Below are positions 50,200 through 60,392 of a stretch of DNA of 64,000 nucleotides, piece after piece. Origin of the DNA: Escherichia coli. GTDB lineage: Bacteria; Pseudomonadota; Gammaproteobacteria; Enterobacterales; Enterobacteriaceae. The position numbers and the translations under genes were made by a program. Each line of letters starts with the position of its first letter. Positions within the stretch are counted from its first letter, which is position 1. Under the pieces are notes generated by a model. It was not told the DNA's origin and ran no database searches. It saw only the letters and a program-made list of their open reading frames with translations. The stretch lies in assembly GCF_030013595.1 (NCBI RefSeq), contig NZ_CP122768.1, one strand, 5' to 3'.

Positions 50200-51038
50200 G
50201 TTATACAACCACATGGACATCCCATGTGGTGATTCTTCAAAAAATCTGAATCAATGAATATGAACCTCAAATTCTCTTACGCATACTGAAGAGCATTCCG
50301 TATAACGATTCAGCAGACAAAACTTTATCAGTCCACACGAATCAACGGATGCACAGATGACACGCCCGGTTATCACCGGGCAATGGTTGCCATAACGGGT
50401 AACATAAGGGACTGAACAGTTGTCTTTAGCGCAACGAACTGATCTAACGTACCTGAACGGACAACCTGAAAACAGTCTTTCACCCTGCATTGTCCGCCAG
50501 TGCTTATTACCAACCACGTCTGTTGCAGTAAAGTAATCAGTTGCGAACATTATTTATCAATCGTGACGCTGGCTCGCGCATGGCAGAAAAGGTCCTGACT
50601 GAGCAACAACAGGCATCGTACTGTTGCTGCTCCATGTTGTTTATATGAACGCATCCCGTTTGCAAGGCTTCCGTGTTTTTGACGTTGACGGTAGATTGCT
50701 GCTCTATATCCTTATTGCAGCCGGTGCTGCGGGCCTCAATGAGATTCGCTGACTCTCGCCTTATTCACGCAACGAGCTTTAAGCTCAGAAAAACATCCAA
50801 GTTTGGTGAGTCACAGTCTTACCTGTCGTTGTCATCAATATAGGAATGGATAATCTGGAGAGCGATACTGCAGGCTGATATTGCGGTTTTGCGACAAGTT
50901 TTTAGCATCCGCTTCTACGCCAAATACCTGAAGTAGGAATGGATGCGTTAGCAGCATACATCCGGAACTGCGCGGGGAATAGCCGGAAACGGCTATCCCT
51001 ACCACAATAGCTAACTTTGTAATAGCGCTCTTTTAGGC

Positions 51039-52070
51039 TCATGTACTCTGACGTAATTCTATCTGGTAGTTGAATTGCACGATACGCGACTCTTCTGATT
51101 CATCATGATTATTATTCAATAGTCCAATCAGTAACTTACCTGTCTCTATCCCCATTTTTTTGTAGTCAATACGGATGGATGTCAAAGTTGGGTGTGTTTG
51201 ATCGCAATTGTCTGAACCGTCAAGACAAGCTACAGCGATATTTCCAGGGATTTTTAACAAACGCCGCTGGCACTCAAACATTATACCCAGCGCAATCTCT
51301 TCGTGGCTGCAAATCACAGCATCCAGCTCTGGTTGTCGCAGTAATATCTCGTTTAATGCGTAACGCCCCAATTGCAGACTTGCGGCATCCGGCATGGTGA
51401 TAACAAGATCAGTGTTCTGGTAATGGCTCAGCATTGCTTTATGCCAGCCGTTCAGTTGCTGACGTTGCAGGCGGTTGTCCATATGCGCACCGATAAATCC
51501 GATATTCTTATAACCCTGCTCCAGCAGATGTTCGGTCAGTTTATGTGATGCTTCAAAAAATGCTGTTTCGATGGTAATTTGAGCCGGACTGAAAGGGGAA
51601 CCGATAACGTTAATGGTAGGTATATTTGTTTTCTCGAGTATCTGGTGAGTTTTATCAGCCAACTGAGAACCAAAAATAACTAACGCCGCCGGGTTGCCTT
51701 GAAGAAGCGTCATCAGAATTTCAGCTTCTTTGAGCTGATTATACTCATGACACCCAAGCAGTAGCTGGAATTCATTTTTATTAAGCACCTGCTGTAATGA
51801 CTGCATAAAGCGGGAGCTGGCTTTATCTGTCAGGGAAGGAACCAGTACGGCGACTGTATGACTGTGACCAGATGCAAGGGCGCCAGCAGTTCTGTTGGGA
51901 ATATAACCCAACTCTTCTACGGCCTGTTCTATCTTTTCCCTCAGCTTGTCAGAAACCTGTTCCGGTGTTCTCAGCGCGCGGGAAACGGTCATAGTTCCGA
52001 CACCTGCAAAGTTAGCGACCTCCTGCAGCGTCACCCGTCCGGTACCACGGCGCTTACGTGTTTTTTCCAT
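51039..52070 (-). CDS. LacI-family transcriptional regulator
   Basis: N-terminal HTH VTLQEVANFAGVGTMTVSRAL and periplasmic-binding-protein-like effector domain; divergent from the PTS genes. Confidence 0.85.
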   Translation of the reverse strand: MEKTRKRRGTGRVTLQEVANFAGVGTMTVSRALRTPEQVSDKLREKIEQAVEELGYIPNRTAGALASGHSHTVAVLVPSLTDKASSRFMQSLQQVLNKNEFQLLLGCHEYNQLKEAEILMTLLQGNPAALVIFGSQLADKTHQILEKTNIPTINVIGSPFSPAQITIETAFFEASHKLTEHLLEQGYKNIGFIGAHMDNRLQRQQLNGWHKAMLSHYQNTDLVITMPDAASLQLGRYALNEILLRQPELDAVICSHEEIALGIMFECQRRLLKIPGNIAVACLDGSDNCDQTHPTLTSIRIDYKKMGIETGKLLIGLLNNNHDESEESRIVQFNYQIELRQST

Positions 52071-52340
52071 TTCGACTCCATGGATAATTACAACCAGCTG
52101 TTTTCATTACTTTTATTTCACCATTACTCTTTCCAGTTTTTGCCCACGGTAGCAAATATCCTGTTGCATTGTATATGCAGGAACCGAATATAGCCAAAGC
52201 ATGGCGGCAGAGAAATGATAGCGCTATCACAAAGATTGGTAGCGTTATCAGATAGCGCTATCAAATGCGACAATCATCACATTAATTAATGCGTAAAATA
52301 TCTACTCTCCTGTTAATTATCATCGGGAGTTATCAGTAGC

Positions 52341-52784
52341 ATGTTAAAAAATCTATTAAATACAGAGGTCGTTCAGGTCGTGGAACAGGTCAAAGACTGG
52401 CGGGAAGCCGTGGCGATTTCATGCCGACCGTTGATTGAAAACGGCTCTATCGAACCGCGTTATGTTGATGCGATCTATCACTCGCACGACACTATCGGTC
52501 CGTACTATGTGGTTGGCCCTGGTATTGCGATGCCTCATGCGCGCCCGGAAGAGGGGGCTAACAAGCTGTCATTAGCACTGACCCTGATCCCTTCAGGTGT
52601 GAATTTTGATGCCGATGAAAACGATCCAGTGAAATTACTGATTGTGCTGGCTGCAACCGACAGTACCAGCCACATTGAAGCGATTTCTCAACTCGCCAAG
52701 TTATTCGATAACGAAAAAGACATACAGGCCATTTTGACGGCCAAAACGACGCAGGACATTTTGTCTGTTATTGCGCGCTATTAA
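52341..52784 (+). CDS. PTS EIIA component (PTS_EIIA_2 type)
   Basis: 147 aa, phosphorylatable His in GIAMPHARP. Confidence 0.8.
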   Translation: MLKNLLNTEVVQVVEQVKDWREAVAISCRPLIENGSIEPRYVDAIYHSHDTIGPYYVVGPGIAMPHARPEEGANKLSLALTLIPSGVNFDADENDPVKLLIVLAATDSTSHIEAISQLAKLFDNEKDIQAILTAKTTQDILSVIARY

Positions 52785-52799
52785 TCCAGAGGAACATTT

Positions 52800-53087
52800 A
52801 TGAAAATTACAGTGGTTTGCGGTAACGGCTTAGGCACCAGCCTGATGATGGAAATGAGCATTAAAAGCATTTTGAAGGATTTGTCCGTCAGCGCTGATGT
52901 TGATCACGTCGACCTGGGCTCCGCGAAAGGGACGCCGAGTGATATCTATGTCGGCACCAAAGACATTGCCGAGCAGTTAGCCGCGCAGTCTGTCGCAGGC
53001 AAAATCGTCGCACTGGAAAATATGATTGATAAGAAAGCCATGAGAGAACGTTTGTCCGTGGTATTAACCGAATTAGGCGCACTGTAA
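52800..53087 (+). CDS. PTS EIIB component (ascorbate/SgaB-like)
   Basis: 95 aa, active-site Cys in VVCGNGLGTS. Confidence 0.8.
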   Translation: MKITVVCGNGLGTSLMMEMSIKSILKDLSVSADVDHVDLGSAKGTPSDIYVGTKDIAEQLAAQSVAGKIVALENMIDKKAMRERLSVVLTELGAL

Positions 53088-53099
53088 GCTGGGGGCGAT

Positions 53100-54356
53100 A
53101 TGGATTTCTTTCGTTTTTTGATGAGCGATGTACTTTCCGAACCCGCAGTGCTGGTCGGTTTAATCGCCCTGATTGGCCTGATTGCACAGAAAAAACCGGT
53201 AACCGAATGCATTAAAGGTACCGTCAAGACCATTATGGGGTTTGTGATTTTAGGCGCAGGGGCGGGTTTAGTTGTGTCGTCACTGGGTGACTTCGCAAAC
53301 ATTTTCCAGCATGCCTTTGGTATTCAGGGTGTAGTGCCGAACAATGAAGCCATTGTTTCCGTAGCGCAGAAAAGCTTCGGGAAAGAAATGGCGATGATTA
53401 TGTTCTTTGCGATGGTTATCAACATTATGATTGCCCGTTTCACACCGTGGAAATTTATCTTCCTGACCGGTCATCACACGTTGTTTATGTCGATGATGGT
53501 AGCGGTAATTCTGGCAACAGCAGGCATGACCGGCATTACGCTTATAGCCGTTGGCTCTTTGGTTGTTGGCGTGGCAATGGTCTTTTTCCCGGCTATTGCG
53601 CATCCGTACATGAAGAAAGTGACCGGTTCTGATGACGTTGCCATCGGCCACTTCTCAACATTATCTTATGTATTGGCCGGTTTCATCGGCAGCAAGTTTG
53701 GTAATAAAGAGCACTCGACTGAAGACATGAATGTGCCGAAAAGTCTGCTGTTCTTGCGCGACACGCCGGTTGCTATCTCTTTTACCATGAGCATAATTTT
53801 CCTGGTGACGTGCCTGTTTGCGGGTGCAGATGCGGTGAAAGAGCTTAGCGGTGGTAAAAACTGGTTCATGTTCTCTATCATGCAATCCATTACCTTCGCA
53901 GCTGGCGTGTACATCATTCTGCAGGGTGTGCGCATGGTGATTGCGGAGATTGTCCCGGCATTCAAAGGTATTTCAGACAAGCTGGTTCCGAATGCCAGAC
54001 CTGCTCTCGATTGCCCGGTCGTCTTCCCTTACGCACCTAACGCTGTACTGGTTGGTTTCCTGAGTAGCTTTGCTGCAGGTTTAATCGGTATGTTCACGTT
54101 GTATCTGCTGAACATGATCGTGATTATTCCTGGTGTGGTGCCGCACTTCTTCGTAGGTGCAGCTGCAGGGGTATTCGGTAATGCAACGGGTGGACGTCGT
54201 GGTGCGATTTTGGGTGCCTTCGCTCAGGGCTTGCTTATTACCTTCCTGCCAGTATTCTTATTGCCGGTGCTGGGTGATATTGGTTTTGCTAACACCACCT
54301 TCAGTGATGCTGACTTTGGCGCACTGGGTATTTTGTTAGGGATTATCGTTCGCTAA
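53100..54356 (+). CDS. PTS EIIC permease (ascorbate/UlaA-SgaT family)
   Basis: 418 aa polytopic membrane protein directly after EIIB. Confidence 0.8.
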   Translation: MDFFRFLMSDVLSEPAVLVGLIALIGLIAQKKPVTECIKGTVKTIMGFVILGAGAGLVVSSLGDFANIFQHAFGIQGVVPNNEAIVSVAQKSFGKEMAMIMFFAMVINIMIARFTPWKFIFLTGHHTLFMSMMVAVILATAGMTGITLIAVGSLVVGVAMVFFPAIAHPYMKKVTGSDDVAIGHFSTLSYVLAGFIGSKFGNKEHSTEDMNVPKSLLFLRDTPVAISFTMSIIFLVTCLFAGADAVKELSGGKNWFMFSIMQSITFAAGVYIILQGVRMVIAEIVPAFKGISDKLVPNARPALDCPVVFPYAPNAVLVGFLSSFAAGLIGMFTLYLLNMIVIIPGVVPHFFVGAAAGVFGNATGGRRGAILGAFAQGLLITFLPVFLLPVLGDIGFANTTFSDADFGALGILLGIIVR

Positions 54357-54571
54357 TATTTTGATGACATTAATATCCTCCAGGATTTCAGGAACGTGGA
54401 GGATATTAATTCCTCTTATTTTCTCCATTTTTCTTTCTTCCAGTCAGGACTGCATCCGATTAATCGTAAGCGCTCCGAGAAGTACGTAGCGTAAGGATTA
54501 TTTTACAGCTGAGAAGTTTCAGTGCAGCAGTTCATGCACACGGTTCGACGGCTAGTCATTGATCTTCATAA

Positions 54572-54856
54572 TTACCTCGCGTAAAAAACGGGGTAAGGCC
54601 GCTCATCCAGCGTCATCTCCACAGGTAATAATTCAACGCCAATGCCAGAAGAGTTCGTTACCGGAAGACGCCGTGATATACGCCCTTTGATCAGCGAGAG
54701 CCTGAGCCATTTGAACAGAAGATTATCATTGATATCATGCTCCCGGGCAATACGGGCAACAGAACCCCTTGGTTGTAAAGCCAGTTTAACCATTTGAAGT
54801 TTAAACTCATTTGAAAATGACCTGCGGGGTTCAACTGATAATGTTTTTTGTTCCAT
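54572..54856 (-). mobile_element. IS3-family transposase OrfA-like fragment
   Basis: 94-aa ORF with HTH transposase-8 pattern (FSNEFKLQMVKLALQPRGSVARIAREHDINDNLLFKWLR) but no adjacent OrfB or inverted repeats identified. Confidence 0.5.
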
Positions 54857-55277
54857 AACAGGTGTCCACTAGTTGAAAAGGTGGGTACCTATGTTACCAA
54901 TACTGGCTTAATGGCTACATACAGCAGTCGGTTTACGCATACACTTTTATAGTGCACTCCGGCCTCATGAATATAACGGTGGATTACCGCCGAACGAATC
55001 GGAAAATAGATACTGGAAAAAAACTGAAATTGTGACCAGTTTTTGTTGACCACTACAAATAAATAAAAGAGTTGCAGTGCTTGCTCGGTAAGAAAACAAT
55101 GGAGGTTAAGCTCCTCAAAGAAGCTGTGGAGTACACCACTCTACAGTAGTTGCGCAAATTTGGAGTGGACGATAATGTGATCGTCTATAAGGGCAACGCT
55201 ATCATAGTCTTGTCCTGGCGGGTAAAAAAACGCGCTTACCTTAACGATAAGCGCGCCGCTGTTCAGGCCTTGAGTGG

Positions 55278-56291
55278 TTATTCAATTCCTGTGGTGACTG
55301 TAAAAGTGCGCGTTTGCTGCGGTGCAACCTGAATCAGCGTGCCATTACGTTGCGCGGCAAGATACCCCTCAGGCCGACAGGTTGCAGGTAATGCAAAGGC
55401 GGCTACCTGTTGCTCTCCGTTATAAAGGATCCAGCGTGTCACATAATTTAGTTCAGCACTGTAGAAACGAGTAACAAACGTAGTGCCATCGGGAGAGATC
55501 ATGCGAAACTCTGGCTGATCTGTATAAGCGTCCAGTTTGTCTGCAAAGAAGACAATTTCTGGATCATAAAATTCCGGTTGACTCAGCGTCGACAGAGAGG
55601 CTTCTCCCTGCATAATCCGTTGATTAAACGCCAGCCACTGAGCGGTGGGATTAACATGCGAAGGCACTGATTCACGCAATCTTAATATTTCGTCCGGGAT
55701 ATTCTGGCTGAATGTAGCATTTGGTATATATGCATAATTCATGTGGCACATATATTGTAGTGGCATATCTACAGAAGCCAGATTGGTTACGGCCATCTTA
55801 ATATCGAACAGTGTAGAGGATTTGTGAAGGACCACTGTTGGCTGAGCCAGATAATGATGACCGAAACCCATTACATACTCGTAACGCCCGTTAAGGCGTA
55901 ACATATCTCCGTCTAATTCCAGCCATGCTTCATCCATCGCGGCACAGGCCATTTCACCGTGTAGCAGATGAGTATCTTCCACAGATGGGCAGCCATTAGC
56001 CAGCAAACCTGAATGAAAAGCAAAACAGCCATAGGTCTCTATCACCTCTGTCGCCGGTTTAGGCTGGCGAAACATATTGCACATGGTGAGGCCGTGTCCA
56101 TCAAATTGCGCATCCCAAATCATCTGCCCCATCCAGGGAAGAATAATCAAATGTCCACGACTGTTTGCAATTTTAAGCCCCTCGACACCGCTGTCATATC
56201 GAAAAGACGTGACAGTAAAATCACTATTTTCCAGCAAGATACGAGGTTTCTCGCCAAAAAGCGCCCGCCACAAATTAATACGCGTACTCAT
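55278..56291 (-). CDS. deoX: DeoX-like protein of unknown function (third gene of deoKPX-type module)
   Basis: 337-aa ORF downstream of the permease gene; assignment by operon context and recollection of the deoQKPX organisation; fold not verified. Confidence 0.45.
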   Translation of the reverse strand: MSTRINLWRALFGEKPRILLENSDFTVTSFRYDSGVEGLKIANSRGHLIILPWMGQMIWDAQFDGHGLTMCNMFRQPKPATEVIETYGCFAFHSGLLANGCPSVEDTHLLHGEMACAAMDEAWLELDGDMLRLNGRYEYVMGFGHHYLAQPTVVLHKSSTLFDIKMAVTNLASVDMPLQYMCHMNYAYIPNATFSQNIPDEILRLRESVPSHVNPTAQWLAFNQRIMQGEASLSTLSQPEFYDPEIVFFADKLDAYTDQPEFRMISPDGTTFVTRFYSAELNYVTRWILYNGEQQVAAFALPATCRPEGYLAAQRNGTLIQVAPQQTRTFTVTTGIE

Positions 56292-56302
56292 AACGATTCT
56301 CC

Positions 56303-57619
56303 TCAGGACGCTGTGACTTCAGCCAGTGCGGTACGTACTTTGCTTTCACGCCAGAAGTAGACTCCGACATAGACAAAGCAGAGCATAGAAACCAGGAATG
56401 AAAGCTGTAGTGAGTGGAACATATCTGCAATATATCCCTGAATTGCCGGAACCACCGCGGCACCGACAATAGCCATAACAATGACTGCTCCTGCCATTTC
56501 TGTATGTTCGTTATCAACTGTATCCAGTGTTCCTGCATAGATCGTCGCCCAGCAAGGGCCAAACAAAACACTTACCAGGACGGCGACATAGACCGCGCTG
56601 AAACTTGGAGCCAGTGCAACATATGCCAGGAACAGCGCCCCTATAACGGAATAGAGAATCAATACTTTTTCCGGATTAAAACGCGTCATAAGGATATTGG
56701 CTATAAACTTGCCAATAAAGAAGCAGGCAAAGCTATAGACCATGAAGTTTGAAGCATCACGTTCGTTGATATCGCCCAACTCCAGCGCCAGACGGATGGT
56801 AAATGACCATACTGCGACCTGCATACCCACATAAAGGAACTGCGCCACAATACCGCGACGAAAGCGCGGATTTCTAGCCAGATAGCGCAGCGTATCCATT
56901 GCTGACGGGCGTTTATGGTGACTTGTCTGTGCCACTTTACAGGTTGGGAAGCGGGTTAAAAGGAACAACACCATGACCACAACCAGAATCATAATCATAT
57001 ACTTATACGGTTCAAGGGTGTTCTCTAACATCAGCACCTTAAAGTTGTGAATTTGCTCGGCGTTCATTCCTGACATCTGCTTTTCAAGGCTTTCCCCCTC
57101 GGAGAAAACCAGATATTTGCCCAATAAAATACCAGACGCAGCACCAATCGGATAAAAGGTCTGGCTGATATTGAGCCGCAATGTGGCATAGGCTTTTGGA
57201 CCGATCATTGAACTGTATGTGTTCGCTGCAGTTTCAAGGAAACTCAGGCCAATCGCAATCGCAAAAATAGCTGCAAGGAACATAGTGTAGGTTGCCATAT
57301 GCGAGGCAGGGAAAAAAAGTGTACAACCACCAATATACAGCGTCAGGCCAATTAAAATTGCCACCTTATAACTGGTCTTTTTAATCACAAGGGATGCTGG
57401 TATTGCAATTAAAAAATAACCTCCATAAAATGCGCTCTGCACCAATGCTGAAGCAAAGTTACTTAGCGAAAATACACTTTTGAATTGAGTGATTAATATG
57501 TCATTTAATGCAGCTGCGCATCCCCATAGCGGGAATAAACACGATAACAAAATAAACTGGAACAAGGGAGTCTTATTCAGATACCCATCAGGCATCTGAA
57601 TGATGTTTTTATCGTTCAT
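56303..57619 (-). CDS. deoP: MFS sugar permease (FucP-like), putative deoxyribose permease
   Basis: 438 aa, 12-TM MFS profile; between kinase and deoX-like genes. Confidence 0.6.
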   Translation of the reverse strand: MNDKNIIQMPDGYLNKTPLFQFILLSCLFPLWGCAAALNDILITQFKSVFSLSNFASALVQSAFYGGYFLIAIPASLVIKKTSYKVAILIGLTLYIGGCTLFFPASHMATYTMFLAAIFAIAIGLSFLETAANTYSSMIGPKAYATLRLNISQTFYPIGAASGILLGKYLVFSEGESLEKQMSGMNAEQIHNFKVLMLENTLEPYKYMIMILVVVMVLFLLTRFPTCKVAQTSHHKRPSAMDTLRYLARNPRFRRGIVAQFLYVGMQVAVWSFTIRLALELGDINERDASNFMVYSFACFFIGKFIANILMTRFNPEKVLILYSVIGALFLAYVALAPSFSAVYVAVLVSVLFGPCWATIYAGTLDTVDNEHTEMAGAVIVMAIVGAAVVPAIQGYIADMFHSLQLSFLVSMLCFVYVGVYFWRESKVRTALAEVTAS

Positions 57620-57646
57620 AGTGCTACCTTTAACTGTGCAGGATGA

Positions 57647-58540
57647 TTATTCGTTTAAGGTTAAAAATTCATTAAATTGTTCAATACTCGGATAAGATGA
57701 TTGCGTACCTTTCCCTGTGACGCTGAAAGCGGCAAAGAGAGCGGCTTTTTTCAAAGCGGCTTCAACATCACCGCTTTGAACATAATAATGGGAAAAGCAA
57801 CCAATAAATGCGTCACCAGCGCCACTAGTATCAACAGCATTTACTTTGAATGCAGGAACATGGACTTCCTGATCGCGGGTCATCCATAATGCGCCTTTTT
57901 CGCTCATGGTAACAATAATATTGTTCAGCCCTTTATCAACTAACGAACGTGCGGCCAAACGAATATGATCATAAGTATCAACCGACATACCGGTTAATAT
58001 TTCCAGTTCTGTTTCATTCGGGATAAAGAAATCACATTTGCAGGCATAAGACATATCTAACTCACGCAATGCCGGAGCCGGATTTAATAACACTTCAATA
58101 CCATTTTTCTTACCAAACTCAATCGCGTGGTAAACTGTTTCCAGTTGAACTTCCAGTTGTAAAACGATCAATTTGCATTTTTTCAGATCTTCTGCAGCTC
58201 GATCGATATCTTCCGGGGAAAGAAATTTATTCGCTCCCTTAATTATTAATATACTATTGCTCGAGTTGGCATTAACAAAGATCGGTGCAACACCACTGCT
58301 GGTACAGGGGACTTTCTCAACATAAGTGGTATTAATTCCCCATGATTCGAGATTACGAATAGTATTATCCGCAAAAATATCATCACCTACTTTAGTCAGC
58401 ATCAGGACTTTTGAATTCAATTTAGCCGCCGCCACCGCTTGATTAGCACCTTTCCCACCACATCCGATTTTGAAGGCAGGTGCTTCCAGAGTTTCTCCTT
58501 CTTTAGGCATCTGATTAGTGTAAGTAATGAGATCCACCAT
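57647..58540 (-). CDS. deoK: ribokinase-family sugar kinase, putative deoxyribokinase; 5' end cut by IS1
   Basis: Ribokinase motifs GGKGANQAVAAA and DTSGAGDAF; upstream in-frame codons ...VIGSN run straight into the IS1 terminal repeat, so the native start codon and promoter are missing. Confidence 0.65.
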   Translation of the reverse strand: MVDLITYTNQMPKEGETLEAPAFKIGCGGKGANQAVAAAKLNSKVLMLTKVGDDIFADNTIRNLESWGINTTYVEKVPCTSSGVAPIFVNANSSNSILIIKGANKFLSPEDIDRAAEDLKKCKLIVLQLEVQLETVYHAIEFGKKNGIEVLLNPAPALRELDMSYACKCDFFIPNETELEILTGMSVDTYDHIRLAARSLVDKGLNNIIVTMSEKGALWMTRDQEVHVPAFKVNAVDTSGAGDAFIGCFSHYYVQSGDVEAALKKAALFAAFSVTGKGTQSSYPSIEQFNEFLTLNE

Positions 58541-58572
58541 ATTGGAACCAATAACTGGGTAATGACTCCAAC

Positions 58573-59076
58573 TTACTGATAGTGTTTTATGTTCAGATAA
58601 TGCCCGATGACCTTGTCATGCAGCTCCACCGATTTTGAGAACGACAGTGACTTCCGTCCCAGCCTTGCCAGATGTTGTCTCAGATTCAGGTTATGCCGCT
58701 CAATGCGCTGAGTATAACGCTTGCTGATAACGTGCAGCTTTCCCTTCAGGCGTGATTCATACAGCGGCCAGCCATCCGTCATCCATACCACGACCTCAAA
58801 GGCCGACAGCAGGCTCAGAAGACGCTCCAGTGTGGCCAGAGTGCGTTCACCGAAGACGTGCGCCACAACCGTCCTCCGCATCCTGTCATACGCGTAAAAC
58901 AGCCAGCGCTGACGTGATTTAGCACCGACGTAGCCCCACTGTTCGTCCATTTCAGCGCAGACAATCACATCACTGCCCGGTTGTATGCGCGAGGTTACCG
59001 ACTGCGGCCTGAGTTTTTTAAGTGGCGGAAAATCGTGTTGAGGCCAACGCCAATAATGCGTGCACTGGCGCGACAT
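58573..59076 (-). CDS. insB: IS1 InsB (expressed as InsAB' by frameshifting)
   Basis: 167-aa ORF overlapping insA in the -1 frame. Confidence 0.85.
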   Translation of the reverse strand: MSRQCTHYWRWPQHDFPPLKKLRPQSVTSRIQPGSDVIVCAEMDEQWGYVGAKSRQRWLFYAYDRMRRTVVAHVFGERTLATLERLLSLLSAFEVVVWMTDGWPLYESRLKGKLHVISKRYTQRIERHNLNLRQHLARLGRKSLSFSKSVELHDKVIGHYLNIKHYQ

Positions 59077-59270
59077 CCGACGCCATTCATGGCCATATCA
59101 ATGATTTTCTGGTGCGTACCGGGCTGAGAGGCGGCGTAAGTGAACTGTAGTTGCCATGTTTTACGGCAGTGAGAGCAGAGATAGCGCTGATGTCCGGCGG
59201 TGCTTTTGCCGTTACGCACCACCCCGTCAGTAGCTGAACAGGAGGGACAGCTGATAGAAACAGAAGCCAC
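58995..59270 (-). CDS. insA: IS1 InsA
   Basis: 91-aa [23 protein letters not shown]... Confidence 0.9.
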   Translation of the reverse strand: MASVSISCPSCSATDGVVRNGKSTAGHQRYLCSHCRKTWQLQFTYAASQPGTHQKIIDMAMNGVGCRASARIIGVGLNTIFRHLKNSGRSR

Positions 59271-59325
59271 TGGAGCACCTCAAAAACACCATCATACACT
59301 AAATCAGTAAGTTGGCAGCATCACC

Positions 59326-60027
59326 GACAATGCAGATGGTTCAACCATGCTGGATAAACGTTATGTCATCACTAACGGTAATCAGCTGGCGATTCAAAAT
59401 GATTTACTGGAGAGTTTATCAAAAGCGTTAAACCAACCGTGGCCACAACGAATGCAGGAGATGCTCCAGCAAATTTTGCCTCATCGTGGTGCGTTATTAA
59501 CTAATTTTTATCAGGCACATGATTATTTACTGCATGGCGATGATAAATCATTGAACCGTGCCAGTGAATTATTAGGTGAGATTGTTCAATCATCCCCAGA
59601 ATTTACCTACGCGAGAGCAGAAAAAGCATTAGTTGATATCGTGCGCCATTCTCAACATCCTTTAGATGAAAAACAATTAGCAGCACTGAACACAGACATA
59701 GATAACATTGTTACACTACCGGAATTGAATAACCTGTCCATTATATATCAAATAAAAGCGGTCAGTGCTCTGGTAAAAGGTAAAACAGATGAGTCTTACC
59801 AGGCGATAAATACTGGCATTGATCTTGAAATGTCCTGGCTAAATTATGTGTTGCTTGGCAAGGTTTATGAAATGAAGGGGATGAACCGGGAAGCAGCTGA
59901 TGCATATCTCACCGCCTTTAATTTACGCCCAGGGGCAAACACCCTTTACTGGATTGAAAATGGTATATTCCAGACTTCTGTTCCTTATGTTGTACCTTAT
60001 CTCGACAAATTTCTCGCTTCAGAATAA
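59326..60027 (+). pseudogene. cadC: cadC 3' fragment (C-terminal periplasmic sensor domain only), truncated by IS1
   Basis: Reading frame continues from the IS1 boundary and ends ...NTLYWIENGIFQTSVPYVVPYLDKFLASE, the CadC C-terminus; the N-terminal DNA-binding and TM regions are absent. Confidence 0.85.
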
Positions 60028-60392
60028 GTAACTCCCGGGTTGATTTATGCTCGGCAAGATTTGTTGTTGAGTTTTTGTATGTTTCTGTTGGTATAATATG
60101 TTGCGGCAATTTATTTGCCGCATAATTTTTATTACATAAATTTAACCAGAAAATGTCCCACAATCCATTGTAAATATTGAATGTTTATCTTTTCATGATA
60201 TCAACTTGCGATCCTGATGTGTTAATAAAAAACCTCAAGTTCTCACTTACAGAAACTTTTGTGTTATTTCACCTAATCTTTAGGATTAATCCTTTTTTCG
60301 TGAGTATTCTTAGCGCCAGTTTGGTCTGGTCAGGAAATAGTTATACATCATGACCCGGACTCCAAATTCAAAAATGAAATTAGGAGAAGAGC
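60028..60392 (+). promoter_or_regulatory. cadBA promoter region (Pcad, CadC-dependent)
   Basis: AT-rich 365-bp intergenic region between cadC remnant and cadB; individual binding sites not mapped. Confidence 0.5.

Larger units (their letters stand above)
58558..59325 (-). mobile_element. IS1 element, copy B (768 bp, apparently intact)
   Basis: Complete terminal repeats, intact insA (91 aa) and insB reading frame (167 aa ORF); same orientation as copy A; no flanking target duplication seen. Confidence 0.92.

Noticed and set aside
50251-50550. 99-aa minus-strand ORF downstream of the cluster
   Set aside because: Cys-rich odd composition, no ribosome-binding site context, lies in an otherwise non-coding spacer; treated as non-coding.
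59326-59346. attR direct repeat of the tRNA-Phe 3' end at the distal island boundary
   Set aside because: Expected for a tRNA-integrated island, but the sequence next to IS1 copy B is cadC coding sequence and no copy of ttcgattccgagtccgggcacca was noticed by eye; a computational repeat search is needed before concluding it is absent.
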